A DNA stretch of 63,834 nucleotides, filler included, from Ministeria vibrans ATCC 50519 (Eukaryota; Protista; Filasterea): NCBI GenBank assembly GCA_943704425.1. It is 6 parts of 6 records of this genome, joined end to end, with 100 filler letters (N's around TTAATTAATTAA, not from the genome) between each part and the next. Parts side by side here need not be neighbours in the genome. Positions count along the whole stretch, not along the records: positions 32,055 to 46,321 come from CALSCP010000939.1; positions 46,422 to 56,265 come from CALSCP010001443.1; 4 more parts are not named here. One strand, written 5' to 3'. The notes under the pieces are model-generated. The model saw nothing but the letters and a program-made list of their open reading frames with translations. It had not been told where the DNA came from and did not search any database. Shown piece after piece: positions 36,501 to 49,500 of this stretch (position 1 is its first letter; every line of letters begins with the position of its first letter). The position numbers were made by a program, and so were the translations under genes.

Positions 36501-37905
36501 CATCTTGGCAAGTGCGTCTGTCAGACGGCGCAGCTCCTCCTCAATGCTCGACAGATTTGACTCAGTCGAGAGCTTGTCCTGACCGAGCTTCTCTGCGAGG
36601 CGTCGCTCAGTCTCAATGTTGGTACGCAAGTCTTCAAGCTCCGCCTCGAGGCGCTTGCGGTTCTTGACGTGTCCCACATTGAGGTCTTCCTCCTCCTCAA
36701 GTTGACGCTCCAGCTCCATGAGCTGCTTCTCGAGCGCGAGCTTTGCAGCTTCAAGGCGCTCGGCGCGCGCGTCTGACTCGGCCGCGTCCTGTCGCTCGGC
36801 ATTAAGATCGTCATAGAGCGCCTGTTTCTCCTCCAGGTTCTTGGCGAGCTGTGCCTCGAGATCCTTGCGGAAGCGCTCCTCTTCGGCGGCCCGTTCAATG
36901 GCACGCTCCAGCTCCTCCTCCTTGAAGCGCATCTCGTCCTCTTGACGCGCCATGTTAAGCAAGGGCTTCACCTTGGTGAAGAGACGCCACCAAGGCCAGT
37001 TGCGCACCGCCAGATGGTTGCGAATGTTTCGCTGGATGACGCGAATGGCCACGCGCTGTTGCGTCAATTTGTGGTAGATGCGTCGTGCAAGGTAGCCACG
37101 ACAGCGAGCCTGGAAGCCAGCCATGACGGCCGAGAGCATCTCGTCGCGACGGTCCTCAAGCGTCGCAAGCACGCCGGCACGGAAAAAGATCTTCGTGTGG
37201 CCAATGCGGTACTCGCTCTTGTCGAGCTCGCACGCCTCAACCAGCTTAGTAGCGGCGACACGACCGTCCATAAAGCCGCGGGGGATGATGCCAGGCGCGA
37301 GAATTTCGTAGCGCTGGCGGAACTCCTGGAAGATGATGCGGTTGGGAAAACCCTGGCGACAGATACGGATGCCTTCGAGGACACCGTTGCAGCGCAGCTG
37401 ATGCAGCACAAGGTTGGCGTCGATGAGGCCCGCCTTCTTTTGCTCGTTGGGAATGATGCAGCGCACAAAGTGGGGGGTGGTGTTGGTGAGCGTCGTCATG
37501 AGGACGGTGAGGCCCTCCTTGTGGACCTGGCCCACAAAGCGGAACTGAGCACCCTTCTTGCGCTTGGTGTCGCCGTCGGTGACGCGGTCCGACCAGATCT
37601 TCTGCACGATGGGATCGGAGCTTTTCTTGAGCAGATCCACGATGTTGTCGTTGAGCGGGTCGCGGTTTTTGTCGAGCCACTGGGCCACCGTGTAGTTGAC
37701 AGTGCCGGCGTAGTGCACGACAAAGAACTCCTCGCGTTGGGCGCCACTCTTGAACGCCGGCTTGCCAAACTTGGGTGACTTGTTGAGGTGCGTGTCGCAC
37801 AACTTGGTCAGCAACGACGTGTCCGTCGACTTGGGGAACAAGCACGCCTCGTCGAGCAGTTCGAGGATGCCCATTTTCTACAACAAAAAGAATAAAAAAT
37901 TTAAG

Positions 37906-37998
<93 letters not shown>

Positions 37999-39056
37999 GA
38001 TGGTAAAATAAAAATAAAATCGTTTACCTTCTCGATGAGGTCGATGGTGCCTTGGAGATCAAGACCAAAATCGATAAAGTTCCACTCGATGCCCTCCTTG
38101 CGGTACTCTTGCTGTTCCAGCTCAAACATGTGGTGGTTGAAAAACTGCTGCAGCTTCTCGTTGGTGTGGTTGATGCACAGCTGCTCAAACGAGTTCTCCT
38201 GGAAAATCTCAAAGCCAGAGATGTCCAGGACACCAATAAAGTTCTGGCGACGGTTGCGCGTCTCGAGCGTCTTGTTGATGCGCGTGACAAGCCAGCGAAA
38301 GACTCGATCGTAGAGTGCTTTGGAGAGTGCGTCAATTCCGTGTTCGACCTATGTATGAGTTGCGATGTGAGTCGGTGCTGTATTGCGTTGGCGTTTCTTC
38401 TTTCTTCTTCTTTTTACCTGCTCGACAGTCTGCTGCAAAGTGATCCACTCAGAACCGGCGCGAGTGCGAGGCTTGAGCAGCGCCGGTATGAATTCCTTAA
38501 GAGGAATGCCAAGAAGATGACACACACGCTCAGCAGCTGTGCAAAAAGCAGCATAGATGAAGAAGAAAAAAAACACGAAGGATTAGGAGTCACGTTATTT
38601 TTTGTTTGTATGTACCGGAAGTCTCTGGCATCGAGGCCTGCTCGCCGACACCATGGGAAGTAGTGGTGACGTTTCCAAAGTGGAGGACAGACGCGACGGT
38701 GCGCCAGAGGAAGCTGGTCTCGTCGTGAGAGAAGGCCATGACGTTGAGAGCGTCAACAACAAGTGCGTACTCGTCGGCATCGTCGACACCGTCGACAAGG
38801 TGGTCACCGTTCTTGAGATACTTGTAGTCATCAAAGGTGCCGCCAAGCACCAGAGCATCTAAAGGAAGAATGGAAAGAGTCAAAGATTTGTTAGTACATT
38901 ACCCATTATTATTGCAATTATTTAATGTACCTTTGAATGCCTGATTGGCCGACATCAAGTGATAGAAGATGTGATAATTTCGCTCTCCTCGGCTCTGCTT
39001 GACCACACGAGACTTCTCCAGCAGGTCTAACAAAATTGAAACAGAAAGACGGTCAG

Positions 39057-39152
<96 letters not shown>

Positions 39153-39168
39153 CTTTGTTTCTTTCTCC

Positions 39169-39208
<40 letters not shown>

Positions 39209-39306
39209 NNNNNNNNNNNNNNNNNNNNNNNNNNNNNNNNNNNNNNNNNNNNNNNNNNNNNNNNNNNNNNNNNNNNNNNNNNNNNNNNNNNNNNNNNNNN
39301 NNNNNN

Positions 39307-39384
<78 letters not shown>

Positions 39385-40958
39385 ACCTCTCTCGACCTCT
39401 CTCGACCTCTCTCTCGACCTCTCTCTCGACCTCTCTCTCGACCTCTCTCTCGACCTCTCTCTCGACCTCTCTCGACCTCTCTCTCTCTCGACCTCTCTCT
39501 CTCTCTCTCTCTCGTGCGTGTGTTGCAATCAATCGTACAGTGCTCAATGTCGGCACCAGCAATAAAGCCGTGCGTGTCAAAGTGGACACGGATGAATTTG
39601 CCCTGGAGAAGAAGAATGAGTCAGATATGATGATCGTTTTGTGGCGACTTACGAAACGAGACGAGTTGTCGTTACGAATGGTCTTGGCATTTCCAAACGC
39701 TTCCAGGATGGGATTCGCCTGGACAATCTGGTCTTCGAGGTTGCCACCTGCTTGCTGCTGGCTGCTTCCCTGTGTTGTGAAAAAGTGGGAGTGAATGAGA
39801 TTTGATATTGTTCGCGGCTGACTTCCTTACCTTCTTGGTGGGTGCCACAGCCGCAAAGTACTGGATGACTTTCTTGGTGTTCTCCGTCTTGCCTGCACCG
39901 GATTCGCCGCTGTAGAAGATGCAACATGAGCGCTTTTGCTCTGGTTCGAAAAACAACGTACGTAATTAGGATGGACTGATCCGCTCGCTCCTGGAGCATG
40001 TCTTGGTAGCCATTGTCGGTGATGGAGTACACATCTGTTTGCACGAGGAAAGGAGAAGAAGAACACATTAATGATTTAAAACGTTGCAAAAAAAATGATG
40101 ACTGTTTTCTTACGAGGAGGGCAGTCGTCGCGACGCTTTCCTTTGTACATCTCAATGACAGGCTTGGTGTAGATGGGAAGGCGACGATAGGGGTTGATGA
40201 CGACGCAGAACAGACCTGAGTACGTCTGTGGGTTGCGAAGAGAAGGGGAGTTAGTGCACAGCCAATTGGGTGTCTCTCTCTCTCTCTTCTTACGTAGATC
40301 AGTCCTGAGTAGTAACGAGTGCGCAGGTTGTGCAACACGCTGGCTTCGTTGAGATGACCCAACGCAGCCATGTCTTCGCACTTCTCGAACTTGGCAGGGT
40401 TCATCTTTTGCGCGTCATCCTTGTTGATGGTGCGCTGCAAAACCAATCAGATTGTCGGACGAGTTTAGCAAGCCATAAAAATCAACGACTCGTAAACGGG
40501 ATGCAACGCAACAGAGCATGTTTCAATTGAGCTTTGGAGGTGCGCACACAGCGAAGCACATACTTGAAAAACACCAAACAGACAAAAGAATTGTCGCAAT
40601 TTGTTTTTCTCATTGGCCCTCGAAATCAACGCAACGTGGTTTTCAAGCAAACATATGAGTGCTAAGGGGTTACAGGAATGTCTCAAACAAACATACGTGG
40701 ATCGTTTTGGCATCCCCAAAGCAAAAAAAAGAGAAGAAGAGAAAAAAAAGAAAAAATATATTATAGAGTGCTCTGTACCTGAGAGCCGTTCACGTCAACG
40801 GTGTACGAGTCTGCGGTTTCGCTGATGATGGAGCCCTCGACGAAGCCCTCGTGCTTGTCGGCCACCCAAACCCACTTTTTGTCGCCGAGAAACTTCAGAC
40901 GGTCCAGATCGGCATGTCCGCCCTTGCTGCTGAGGTACTTGTCTGCATCTTCGGCCAT
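33501..40958 (-). CDS. MYH: Myosin II heavy chain, multi-exon
   Basis: N-terminal KKWVWV; [13 protein letters not shown]; [17 protein letters not shown]; [20 protein letters not shown]; [14 protein letters not shown]; roughly 1100-aa coiled-coil tail. Confidence 0.95.
39381..39495. repeat. Compound minisatellite (CTCTCTCGAC-type, 10-12 nt units) embedded in a (CT)n tract in a myosin II intron
   Basis: About 10 tandem CTCGAC-containing units, visible directly. Confidence 0.85.
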
Positions 40959-41994
40959 GGCGGAGATCGTCTGCTTTGCTGCGACAAATGCGGTCGATTA
41001 ACTCCACGATGTGGTTTTATCGTTTCTGTGAAACGGAAAAAAAATTTGATGACGAAAAAGTTTTTTTTTTTTTGCGAAACAGCACTGCAAATCACTGTGT
41101 TGCGGAGGAATCGCGACGGGGATGTGCGGCTTGCAGGGCTAATAGGGCGTGTTGTGGTGCGGCTGGATGCTCAGCACGCCCAGGGACAGTTTGCGCAGCG
41201 AACAACGGTTTTTTTTCTTCTCATTTGCAGAGGGGCAAACGAGCGAAAAGAGAGCAGAGCGAGACTGAAGAGCAGAGCAGGCAGTCACAACGCACTGTGC
41301 GAAGGTTGATCGTGCCGATTAGAGGGCGGGCGGGCGCACGCAAGGCGACTGATGACTTACAGTTCAAAAAGCTCTTTTTCTTGTACGTCACAGATATGAC
41401 GAAAAAGAAAAGCGAAAAAATTGATTCAAAAATCACAATAATTATTTCAAATTATTCGCTGGAATTCCAAGTCAGTCGATCGCGAACTTAGCAAGGATGA
41501 GTAGTCCAAGTCTTCTATATGAGTGAGTGAGTGAGTGAGTGATATGACAATTGATTTGTTTGATAGCAACTAGCAAGTAGGCACTAGACAGTAGCCACGA
41601 CTGACAGAGAGCAGTGTCTAAGTGATAATGCATTTCTTTAGCAATCGAAAAGAGACAAGACAAACAGCTCAGAACCACTTTCAAAATTCAAAGTTCTATA
41701 AGCTTCTCAGCTACTCAGCTACTCAGCTTGAATAAATGCTTGATGAGATTTGAGACTCTTAAAAAGAAGCAAATTAAACAAGAAAAATTACGTCTTTATT
41801 GTCTTTGGACATCATAAGTATTACAAACACAACCACAAGAAAGACGTAATAATTTATTAATAATTTAATTTATTAAATTAATACTATACTAATAAGAAAT
41901 TTGCTTAAGTATCGCCGTTTTTCTCGTTCCACGCAAGTCAGTAGCAGATTATTGATTCAACAAAAGCACAGTCATATTTTATATTCATTATTCA

Positions 41995-43138
41995 TTATAG
42001 TTTACAGTTTGCAATGAGACGCTCAGTGTCACTCCAGAGGCGCTCGGCCACCGCGGGATCGCATGCGTCGTCTCGGGGCCGGGTGCGAGTGAGCATGTAG
42101 AAGTAAGCGCCGGAAAAGGAGGAAGAGGGAGAGAGAGAAGGGTCAAGGAGGAGACGAACGACGGGGAGTGCGGCGGAGGAAGGCGACTTGAAGAAGAGGT
42201 TGAAAAAGATAGCAGTAAAGGGCCGGAAATACCAAGGCTGGTGGCGGGCAATGTTGGTTGCCATAGCACCTGGACAAATGCTGAAGACTGTGGTGGCCGG
42301 GTGGCGTCGGGCGAGTTCACACGCGAAGGTGGTCAGGCACAGTTTGTTGTGTGCGTACTCATGCATAGCCGACGCAACGCCAAACGCGTGAGGTGTGCCC
42401 AGCTCGACGGAAGAGAGTGGTGCTGCCATTTGATGTGCTTGGGATGATATTATGACAATGCGACTGGCACTCTGGGTAGTGTCGACATCGAGTGTAAGAA
42501 ATGAATGAATAGTGCATGGAAAGTCACCTTCAAAAGGTTTGCCCGAATCATTCGGGTGAGCAAATAGAAATGCCCGAGATAGTTGACGGCAAAGCCCATT
42601 TCAAACCCTTGCTTGGAGAGTTGGAGACTCGCCTGTATCAGAATAAAAATGCGCACGGTGAGAGAGAGCGCGGTGGAGGACAGTCGCTGGGCGTACCATA
42701 CACACTCCCGCATTGCAAACGACCCGGTCCACTTGAATGTTTCTTCTGGCAAGCTGGCCAATCGCACAGTCAATCTGTTCCAGGTCCGCCAGGTCCAATT
42801 CGACCGCTTCAACCTCCAGTTTGGGGTAGAGACGACGCAAACGTTCGACCGCCATTTCCGGCGACTTCTCGCCTGGAATTCCCGACTTACACGCCAAAAT
42901 GAGACGTGCTCCGCGCTTTCCAAGTGCTTTGGCCGTCTCCAGCCCGAGTCCGGAGTTGCCTCCAGTAATCTACAGGAGTCGAAGAGGAAGGACGAGCGCA
43001 CAAACGAAAGCAACGCACCAGAACTGTTTTGTTGACAATTGGCTCTTCAGGGAACGAGACAAACTTCCATGACAGATGGTACAGGCAGGATCCAATAAGA
43101 GCACCACACACTACAGCCCCGGCAGCTTGTACGAGCAT
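41995..43138 (-). CDS. Short-chain dehydrogenase/reductase (RDH11-14/WWOX-like) with N-terminal membrane anchor
   Basis: VL|ITGGNSGLG; ELDLAD; VCNAG; FEMGFAVNYLGHFYL; catalytic YAHNK; AERLWSDTE. Confidence 0.88.
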
Positions 43139-43256
43139 GGTTAGACAAAACAAAAAAATTGTGTGTGTGTGAAATGCTAATCATTTATCAGACGCCGATC
43201 ACAAATTGAAGGAAAAATTGACATTTGACAATCACAAAAAAAAGTATCTATCGAAT

Positions 43257-45372
43257 ATGCTCATTGGTCTAGATGTTGGTTTAACCAATGCTCGCGTTGC
43301 CATCTATCGAGCGGACGGCATTGTACGCCATCCTGAGTCTGTTTTTTTTGTCGTACACACCTCTCATGTTCAAAAACTCATCGCCTCTCCTTTGCTTGTA
43401 GGAAATTCTCGCCAACGAGGGCGGAACCCGAACTGCCCCGGCCTGTGTGACTGTCCACGAGGATGGCTCATTGAGTGTTCTTGATGGGGTATCGCGACGA
43501 CGCGCCAAGGGCGCTGTACGAGCGGTTTTGCAGTCCGATGATTCAAACGAGATATCGCTCGTCACCACGCCACTCGTGCGTACGGCTCTCGACACGGCCG
43601 GCGACACAACCACCGATCCTACAGGGGCAAACGCTTCGAGTATCGTTGTCGTAGCCACGCCCGAGGGCCACAAAACACAGGAAGAGACGCTTCGCAGTGC
43701 GATTTCGCGCGCGTTCGACGATCGCGACGAGGAAGTCACCATTTTTTTGGTGCCCGCCTCGCTTGCGGCCATTACCGCCGCCGCCACAACACCGGGAGAA
43801 ACAACAACAAGAAGCGATTCGTCTGCGGGACCACCGGCCCCCCAATATCTTGTGATTGACGTGGGCGGCACCGCCACCACTCTGACGCTGGTCGAGCGTG
43901 TCAAAGGCGACGATGATGCCACAGACATCGATCACGACAGCACCGCAGTAGTACCCTGGCGTGCGGTGCGAAGCAAGCAAATCAACGAAGTGAGTGGCGC
44001 TGCCGTGGACGAGCGCCTTGTGTCGTTTCTCGAGCGCACCTTTGCGTCGTCGTGGGGCGGTGTGTTGAACGAGTCGTCGCGTCGCAGATTGCGCGAGGCG
44101 GCGTGTCAAGCCAAAGAGTCGCTGAGTAATGTCAATGAGTGCACTATTGAGGTGGAGTGCCTGGGCGATCGACAATTTGATTTGCGCACCAATTTATCGC
44201 GTGCGCGCTTTGGCTATCTCTGCGCGGACGTTGCAACCCAGCTCGTAAGTGCATGTGATGCGTTTCTGACGACTGCTGCTGACGGATCGACGACCACTGC
44301 GCCCAATTTGTTGGGAGTTGTGTTGGTGGGCGGACCCGCTCACATGCAAGCAGTGCAGTCGGCAGTGGCGACGCGCTTTGCGGGTCTGCTCTGTCGTGCG
44401 CTCGGATGCACGCCGAGCGAGACGGTCGCGCACGGATGTGTTTGTATTGCGCAACGAGCGGAGCGCGCTGCCCGACTGTTTGGCGGCGCGGCGGGTACCA
44501 CGGGGGCTTCGGCTGCTGCAGCGGCTACGGCTGTGATGGGTAGTAACAGTGGTGGAAGTGCACTAGCGCGTCGATCGATTGGAATTGCAAGTGAAGGAGG
44601 TCGTTTTGAGGTGCTGGTGCAACAGGGAGCCGCCTTGCCCGTGAGCGTACGGCGCGTCTTGTCGACGGCACGCGATGACCAGCGGCTCATTGTGGTAGAG
44701 GTGTACGAGGGCACGCAGCCCAGGGCACGCGACAACACGCTGATGGGGCGCATGCTGCTAACGGGGATTGCGCCGGCGCAGCGCAGGGGCACTGTACGTG
44801 TGACGGTCACCTTGGAGTGTGCCGCCAATGGCGATGTCAAGGCAAGCGTGGCCACCGACGATGCGCGCGTGCCCGAGCACACGTTGGTATTTGCGTCGAG
44901 CCGCTTTACAGACGAGCCGTCACTGTCGCTTGCCGATGCCCTGTACGAGGCGAGTGATGCCGAGACCATAGCAACGGTCCGTCGACTCAGCTTGCGTGCC
45001 AAACTCGTCTCGCTTGCCTTTGGTCTGCGGAATGCTGTCGACGACGCGCGCGTCACATCGCTCCTTGGCGCCGAAGGGATACGTATGCTTCGTGACGACG
45101 TTGCCGCCGCCATTGGCGCTCTTGCTGCCGTTGCCACGGACAGAAACAACCACAGCAGCAACGACAACGACGATGAGCGCGTCTATGAGCAACACCTGGC
45201 TCACTTGCAGGCTCGCTGTCGTGCCGTTGTCGCCTACGCCGCCGGCGACTTGCGCTCGCCCTTCCCCGGTCTCTCCGACGGCGGTTTCCCTGGCGACGGC
45301 ACGTTTCCCTTGCATGACGATCCCTCTGACATCATGCAGTTTACTGGCGTGGGTGCCCCATTTTCAGTATGA
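43257..45372 (+). CDS. Highly divergent Hsp70-family protein, probably ATPase-deficient (2 exons)
   Basis: IGLDVG..., ILANEGGTRTAPA, IDVGG, VVLVGG; substrate-binding domain STARDDQ..VYEG..ARDNTLMG..LTGIAPA; intron 43323-43400. Confidence 0.82.
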
Positions 45373-46039
45373 ACCACTCAGTTCATGAGTCAACTCTAAG
45401 ACCAGATTGAGACGTTCANNNNNNNNNNCCCCCCCCCCCCCCCCAAGTACAACTATTTGTTTAAATCAAGCGGATGACCAACGACGGCATTAAATATATT
45501 GCTCGCTACCTAGTACCTACGGAGTGCGGAGTAGTTGGTACTTACTACAACCGTTAGACTGTGAAGTACACTGTTTTGATCGAACTGATTGTACATTTGA
45601 ATACGCAAAACTCTTGGCGTTTTGATTTGATCAACCAAGGTCGCAAGGCGTGACTCATCAGGCATCACTCATACCGGCATACGTGACTAAATTGACTTGC
45701 TGCTGAGTTTCGCGACAGGATTTTTGTCGCATGACTAAAGCCCGACTGACTGAAAGTCATTCTGCAACCGTTTGAAAAAATTTATATTAGGCATTTAGGC
45801 ACAGGACTCTTTTATTGCTCATTTAAACGTCGCGCGCGTCCGGTAAGCCGAACCGGATCCCCTTGCTCGTTGCCCGTGCCCCTGCTTGGATCCGCTTGCG
45901 ACCTCACAAACGCCCTCTGTGTGCGCCCCGCCGACTCTTTTGCAATTTGCGAAGGCCGAACGTCCCCACAGATTCGCCGATTGAAAAAAAGCAGAGAAAA
46001 AAAACACCCCCCCGCGCCGGCAGCCGACCAGTATACGCA

Positions 46040-46248
46040 ATGGCGCACCCCGGAGGACAGATTCCCGCACAATACCAGGTAGGCGAAAGGGATTGTCGTG
46101 CGATCTCTCATTTTTCGCGTCGCAGCCTCAGCAGCAGCCGCAGCAGCAGCAGCAGCAGCCGCAAGCAGGCCAGCCGACCGCCGCTGGCGGTGCTGCTATG
46201 GCGTCCGTTCGATTTACCGTCTTCGAGGCCGCCGACCGGATCAAAGAC
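46040..46248 (+). CDS. TLE: Groucho/TLE co-repressor, N-terminal two exons; truncated at the contig end
   Basis: MAHPGGQIPAQYQ|PQQQ...VRFTVFEAADRIKD| matches the start of the TLE Q-domain (F-T-x-x-E-x-x-D-R-I-K-D/E); canonical GT-AG intron 46079-46125. Confidence 0.7.
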
Positions 46249-46321
46249 GTTAGTTTCATCCTTTCGTCTATCCTCATCTCTCACTTTTTTTTTTTTTCTC
46301 TCTCTCTCTCTGGCTCTTTTT

Positions 46322-46421
46322 NNNNNNNNNNNNNNNNNNNNNNNNNNNNNNNNNNNNNNNNNNNNTTAATTAATTAANNNNNNNNNNNNNNNNNNNNNNN
46401 NNNNNNNNNNNNNNNNNNNNN
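46322..46421. other. Artificial contig spacer
   Basis: 44 N + TTAATTAATTAA + 44 N. Confidence 0.97.
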
Positions 46422-46512
<91 letters not shown>

Positions 46513-46513
46513 C

Positions 46514-49500
46514 TTACTCATCGGTGAAAGAGAAGGAGTTTGGCGGATCGGCACGGAAGCGCGACTGAATGCGCTCGAGGTTCTCGTCCGAGTCCTTGCG
46601 ACGGACCCATTCGTTGACCGAGACGGCCAGGTCCTCACTCAACTGCGTGGCCTCGAGCATAGCGGCGGCGTCGGGGTGTTCGGCGGGGGTCAGATGGAGA
46701 ATTTGGCGCAACAGCAGGGGATACTTGGTGATGCGCTGCATGGGCTTGAGCAAGAATGCCGACAGAGGCATGTGGCCCGTGCGCGGGTCGCGCGCACACT
46801 GCTTGACAAACTTGTTGAAGGCCACCGTGTTCTTCTGGCCCAGTGCGCGCAGTGCGTCCCGTTGGCCACAGCAAAAGTCGACGTAGCCACCGAGATGCGG
46901 AAAGTGCTCGCGGACAATGTCGCCAATGCCTGAAAGAGTCGCGGTAGGTCCACCATCGCGCGCCTGTCGCTCCTCGAGCGCCTTCAAGAACGCCTGTTGC
47001 GCCGGTAACAACTCCTTCCAGTTGATGAACATCGTCTTGAGCTCGTCCTTGGTCAAAATTGCCTTCTTCTCCAGCGGCAAGTAGAACACATCAACGACCA
47101 TGGCCAAGTCAGACACATACGATTTCTCTGTGCGAATCAGCTCGTGCAACAGCTCCTGTCGCTTCACATCCTCGCGTGACAGCTGACTCACCACAGAGAA
47201 TGAAGCTGATTTTTGCCAGTTGGACGCCGGTACCTCGTCGTTCTCGTTTGTGTTCTCGCGTTGCACCACAACGCCCAACGTGAACGACTGCGACCCTGAG
47301 AGTGGCGTTGCAGGCAAAGAAGAAGGAGATGCAGCAACAGGAGCACCACTACTACCACCACCATTGTCACTTGAAGCGACTACTTCGCGCTCCTCTGGGT
47401 GTTCCGTGTCCACATAGGTCACCGGGAAGAGACCCGTTTCGCCCGCGAGCTCACCGCGCCACCACTCCTGCTCGCTCTGCTCGTCATCAGCCTCGCAAAG
47501 GCGAATCAGCTCGCCGGCACTAAACGACAGCTCGTCACCATTGGCCGCCGTGTAGTCGTAGAGGGTGCGAAAGAAGCGCGCCTTCACCATAGTTGCCTCG
47601 GGAATGGTAAACGGCGCAGGTTTGGGCGGCGCCGCTGTAGACGGCGGTGTTGCCTCAGCCATACTGGCCGAACTACCGCCACTGGAGCGTCGTGACGCGA
47701 GCGTCGACGTGGACGTGTTGACAGACTTGTTCGCGCCCATGAGCATCACATGCGAGGCAGGAAAACGACCTGTCTGCTTGCCACGACCACGCACTGCGAC
47801 AGTGCCCTCCCACCAGTCACCGTCCATGGACACCACTTGCACCAGCTGGTTCGCCTTGAGTGCCACTTCACCCACTGCACCCTCGGGCGGCGTGTACGGC
47901 GTGGTACAGCGAGCAACGATCGCTGGTTTCACTGACACACCCGAGAGGCGCCGTGGCACTGCATCCAACTGCGCAACACTCTTCGTCTTCGTCTCCAACA
48001 CCTTCTTTGGCGCCTCGTCGGTCGGCCGCGGCGGCTTGGGCGGTCCATTGTGATGCTCGTGCTGCTGTGCGTCCGTTGGCGGCTGAGACACAGGTTCGAC
48101 GCGGTTGGCCGGGAACCAGCCACGCTCGCCGTCGCAAATACCCTCCCACCAGCCATCTTCGCGACGTGTGACGACATAGATGCCGTCGCCCTCGCGTATG
48201 GTCAAGTCGCCCGACTCGGCACCTTCAAAATAGTGCACTGCCGTGTGCGTGCGGCGTTCGTCCGACAGTCGCTTCAGGTACGACGCTGGAAACACACCAG
48301 AGCGTCCCTCACTCGTGCGCACCAGGCTCCATCCTTCATCTTGCTGCTCCTCGAGAAACACCACAGTGCCCTCTTCGAGGCTCAGCGCCATGGGATCCTC
48401 GCCCGCCTCGTACGCATAAATCACAACGCACGCTGTCGGATCCGACGCCACAGGATCCACCGTAGCGCCTTCAGACTGTCCTTTCGCCGCAGCTTTCGCT
48501 TCCGCTTCAGCAGCAGCCGTCGCAGCAGCAGCAGCAGCAGCCTCAGCGTCAACTTTGGCCTTGGCGGCCGCTTCAGCCTCCAATCGCTCGATTCGCTCAC
48601 GTTCTGCTTCTGCGCGAACTCGCGCCGCCTCAGCCTCCGCTTCATCCGCCTGTCTCTTGGCATCCACCGCCGCTCGCACCGCCTCCTGCTCGGCAAGCTT
48701 GGCAGCGTCGTCAGCCGCATCGTACAGCTCAACGTAGTTGGATGGGAACATGCCCTCGACACCATTGAGGCGTCCGCGCCACCAGTCACCGTGTCGCTCC
48801 ACCACCTCAATCTTGTCGTCCACCTCCAACGAAAGCTCGTCATCCTTGGTGGCCGCGTACGCAAAGATTGCCGTGCACATTTCGGTGGGACGAGCTGGCT
48901 TGGGAGGCGCCGGTTTGGGCGGTGCAGCCACTGTCTTGGCAACCGACGCAGGCGAAAGTAAGCGAGCCGCCTCCTCGGCATCGGGCTTGGCCGGCTTCGG
49001 TGGCGGACCAGCACTTGTCTCTGCTGCGCCACTCCGAGCGGCTACGGCGGCAGCGGCAACCGCGAGACTCGTCGGAGCTGTGCGCAACTTCTTCTTCTCC
49101 TCCTCCATCGTCTTGCGACGTTGCACTTCGCTTTCCTCAAAGGCCCGACGCATCTCATTCTCGCGTTCAACCTTTTCGCGTGCCTCGCGCTCCAGTCGCT
49201 CCTTCTCAGCCTGCTCCCGTTCCCGCTCAATCTTTTTGGCCATCTCCTCTTGACGTCGAGCACGCGCGGCCGCCGCCTTGCGACGCACCTCTTCCATTTT
49301 GGATTTTTTGTCGTTGACAACGCGTTTGCGTGCCTCACGTTCCTGCTCGGCAACTCGCAAATTCTCTCGTGTACTACGCAGCGTCAGCTCGAGATCCTGT
49401 CGCTGTGTCTGAAGTGTCTGCAAACGACGGCGCTCCGCATCGCACTGCTTCTTGTCGTGTCGCGTGAACTGCAACAGATCCGCATTACGCACGCGTGCCT

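Noticed and set aside
33720-37778. Long antisense and alternative-frame ORFs over myosins, intersectin, the EGF gene and the acidic protein
   Set aside because: Expected from GC-rich codon bias and repetitive coding sequence; no recognisable protein motifs.
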